A DNA stretch of 64,000 bases from Leucoraja ocellata (Eukaryota), in the NCBI GenBank assembly GCA_036785375.1, contig JAWMAR010000158.1, positions 1,488,001-1,552,000 of the forward strand. The letters run 5' to 3'. Positions within the stretch are counted from its first letter, which is position 1, and each line of letters opens with the position of its first letter. A program made the position numbers and the translations under genes. Positions 61,614-64,000 of the stretch are shown piece by piece. The notes beneath the pieces are model-generated. The model searched no databases, was not told the DNA's origin, and was given only the letters and a program-made list of their open reading frames with translations.

Positions 61614-62599
61614 TAGAAATCTGAGCTCCTTTTTATTGCATTTCATTGTGCTTCGGAAATTCTTTCCGTTGACTGCATCTTTAGTCATCTCACTTTTGAT
61701 GGGCCAAAACAAACTAGTTTTACCTCATTTCAAATGCTTTAATGTGAGATGTTGTTACGAAAAACAAAACCTATTTTTTCCATAATGGAGGATGGCACAG
61801 CAATGTGCTTACAAATGTAGACATTTAATATTTGCTTCAATGTATTTAAGATTACTTTTCATATTTTAGATTGTCAGGAAATAAATAGAACTTTTACGCT
61901 TTTGTTTTTAATCCTTTAGGCATATTTCTGAAGCAAAACTTTACTATATACAGCCGTTTCCTATCCAAGTGTGGATTTCCAGAGACTTAGGAATTAAAGT
62001 GTGAACATTGTATTTTAGGTTGTGCAGTGAAAAACGTTTATTTTTATCCAGAGGTTTTGTAGTTCAGATGCTGAATTCTCACTGTTGTATATCAATGTCT
62101 GAATGTTTGATAAGTGTTAGACAAAGTAAAAATGTGTGAATTTGAAATTTCTCTTCTCTGCTTTTCCAATGAGGCCACTCATCCTAATTGCCACAAAATC
62201 ATTTGTAAATCATTTGGAATTAATAAGGTAAAATGAGCAATATGCAATCTCTCTGCCTTCTAATATAATTTAATTAAATATCTAGATGGATACATTTATT
62301 CTCTATGCTTTAAACACATGTTGGAAGATATTGTGTGCCCTACTTTCTGCTTCTGAAAATAAGTTCAATTGACTTCAAAGAAAATCAACTTTGAAAGCTG
62401 AGTCAAACAAAAGCTGAGTTGCCACTTTGGATGTTCAGCACATGCAGGAGGCCAAGTCTTACCATCTAACTGGAGCATCCTACCCAAAGTACCAAAGGCT
62501 ACAACACAGTCTAGTTTCAGTGTCACTATTGTTCCATGTATCCAGCTGGTTGATAACTGGAAGTAAAGGAGTAAGCACAAACATAAAAAGCAATGAACA

Positions 62600-62790
62600 T
62601 AGGCACAGCATGCAACATACAGCACCAGCAATCTGGGTTTGATTCTGGCATCATGTGCTATTCTTGTGGGGTTTGCACTCCTTCATGTAACTACATAGGA
62701 TTGTCCTGCGTTTTCCAGTTTCCCATCACATCCCACAGATGTGCTGATCAGTAATTAATGGATACTGTATATTCTCTAATATAGGTGGGC
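62600..62790 (+). mobile_element. Degraded V-SINE
   Basis: 'cagcaccagcaatctgggtttgattctggc...gtggggtttgcactccttcatgtaactacataggattgtcctgcgttttccagtttcccatcacatcccacagatgtgctg'. Confidence 0.6.
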
Positions 62791-63641
62791 AATAGGAGGA
62801 GCATGAGGAGGTGGGAGAGTGAGGGGGGGTTGGTGGGGGGGAGACTTCCTTGTGTGGGTTCCTGAGCATGTATGAGAACATAGGTTGCAGGGACGTAGTT
62901 GGAGGAATAGGATTGCAGTAACTCCTTTTCTAAAGGATTTCTCATTCTCTCATCTGATGCAGTAATGGCTTAAACTCAGCCGGCAAACACATGCAAATTA
63001 CAAAGTTCTACGCATATTGCTGCTTAATGACGGAGGTTCAGGTCATCTCAGTTTAGGAATGTCAACAGAACAATCTTATCATCCACATTAACCATCAAAA
63101 TAATCAGACGTGTATTACCTCTTGACCCCATTTCTCCCAACTATTCATTTATTTCATATTATTGATGTCTCTTAGCATAGTCTCAATGAAAACTCTTGGT
63201 GTTTTGTTACAGAAATGTGTGGGTAGATAATTAATTTCTCTTTTCGCAGTACTTGGTTCAAACAAAATGAAATATTTGGCAACTTTTCTTTGTTTTTCCA
63301 AGAAGCCTACTGTATTTTGCAATGACAGTAATTTTAGTGGATCAATTCCTTATTTTTAACTAATCACCGCATAGAACCCTTTACATTGCTCAAGCTGCAG
63401 GAGGTTAAAATCAGAGTCGGACACTCACCTTCCTTTCTCATGATACTCCTTTCCGATGTCAGGTTAATGGCTGAGTCACAGTCAGACGAGTGAATTTAAC
63501 ACAGCAAGAGCTTCAATTAAAATAAGTAGGGTTTTCCTGCAGCTCCGAGGAAGCAGGAATACTCCCCAGCGCCCATGGATAATCCCTGCATGACATTGTT
63601 CTCCTTAGATCACTGTCAAACCCCTGCCTCATTTAAACACA

Positions 63642-64000
63642 AGGAAATGCAGATGCTGGTTTGCAAAAAAAGACACAAAATGCTGGAGTAACTAAACAAG
63701 TCAGGCAGCATCCATTGTGAACATGGATAGGTGATATTTTGGGTCGGGACTTCATTGGAATGATTGCAGTGGGAGGCGAAAGCTGGAAGAGGGGTGGGGG
63801 CTAATTACAATGTGACCCTTCCCCATTCCCTTCCACCTATATCCCTTCCTCTGGTTTCACATTTTGCGCCTCTTCTCTCCTTATCTCACAGTCTTTGGTC
63901 TTCTTCCCATCTCTGGCCTTTGTCCATCCATCTGACAATCAAAACCCCTTTACCTGCATCCACCAAACACTTGCCTGGCTTCCTTCCTCTCTTCCAGCTT
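63642..64000. mobile_element. Penelope terminal-repeat fragments in inverted arrangement (runs off window end)
   Basis: 'aaggaaatgcagatgctggtttgcaaaaaaagacacaaaatgctggagtaact...gggtcgggacttc', a purine tract, then the complementary-type pyrimidine tract. Confidence 0.7.

Overview
Eukaryotic, AT-rich, repeat-dense vertebrate genomic DNA. The repeat mix suggests a cartilaginous fish, probably a skate or ray (inference from repeat types only): CR1/HER1-type LINEs with (GTTTCTAT)n tails, tRNA-headed V-SINE/HE1-type SINEs with (CTAAA)n tails, Deu-domain SINE relics, and abundant Penelope-like elements. I found no convincing host protein-coding exon, so the window looks like intergenic DNA or part of a very large intron. 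Every recognisable ORF is a retroelement relic: CR1 APE-RT (31881-34643 +; 15852-17418 -), Rex1/Babar-type RT (1-1015 -; 19250-19940 +; 58620-59505 -), L2 (29277-29718 -), and Penelope RT and GIY-YIG pieces. The most notable signal is a dispersed family of short Penelope-derived inserts carrying minimal hammerhead-ribozyme motifs (CUGANGA...GAAAC-GUH). Some have clean 14-15 bp target-site duplications and some form fold-back hairpins. Also present are three non-autonomous DNA transposons with terminal inverted repeats (one with a 7-bp TSD), a four-level nested insertion, a young CpG-rich non-coding retroelement with an (AGC)13 tract, and repeat-poor motif-rich islands that may be conserved enhancers. 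Family names come from recognising motifs by eye, not from database searches, and boundaries of degraded repeats are approximate.
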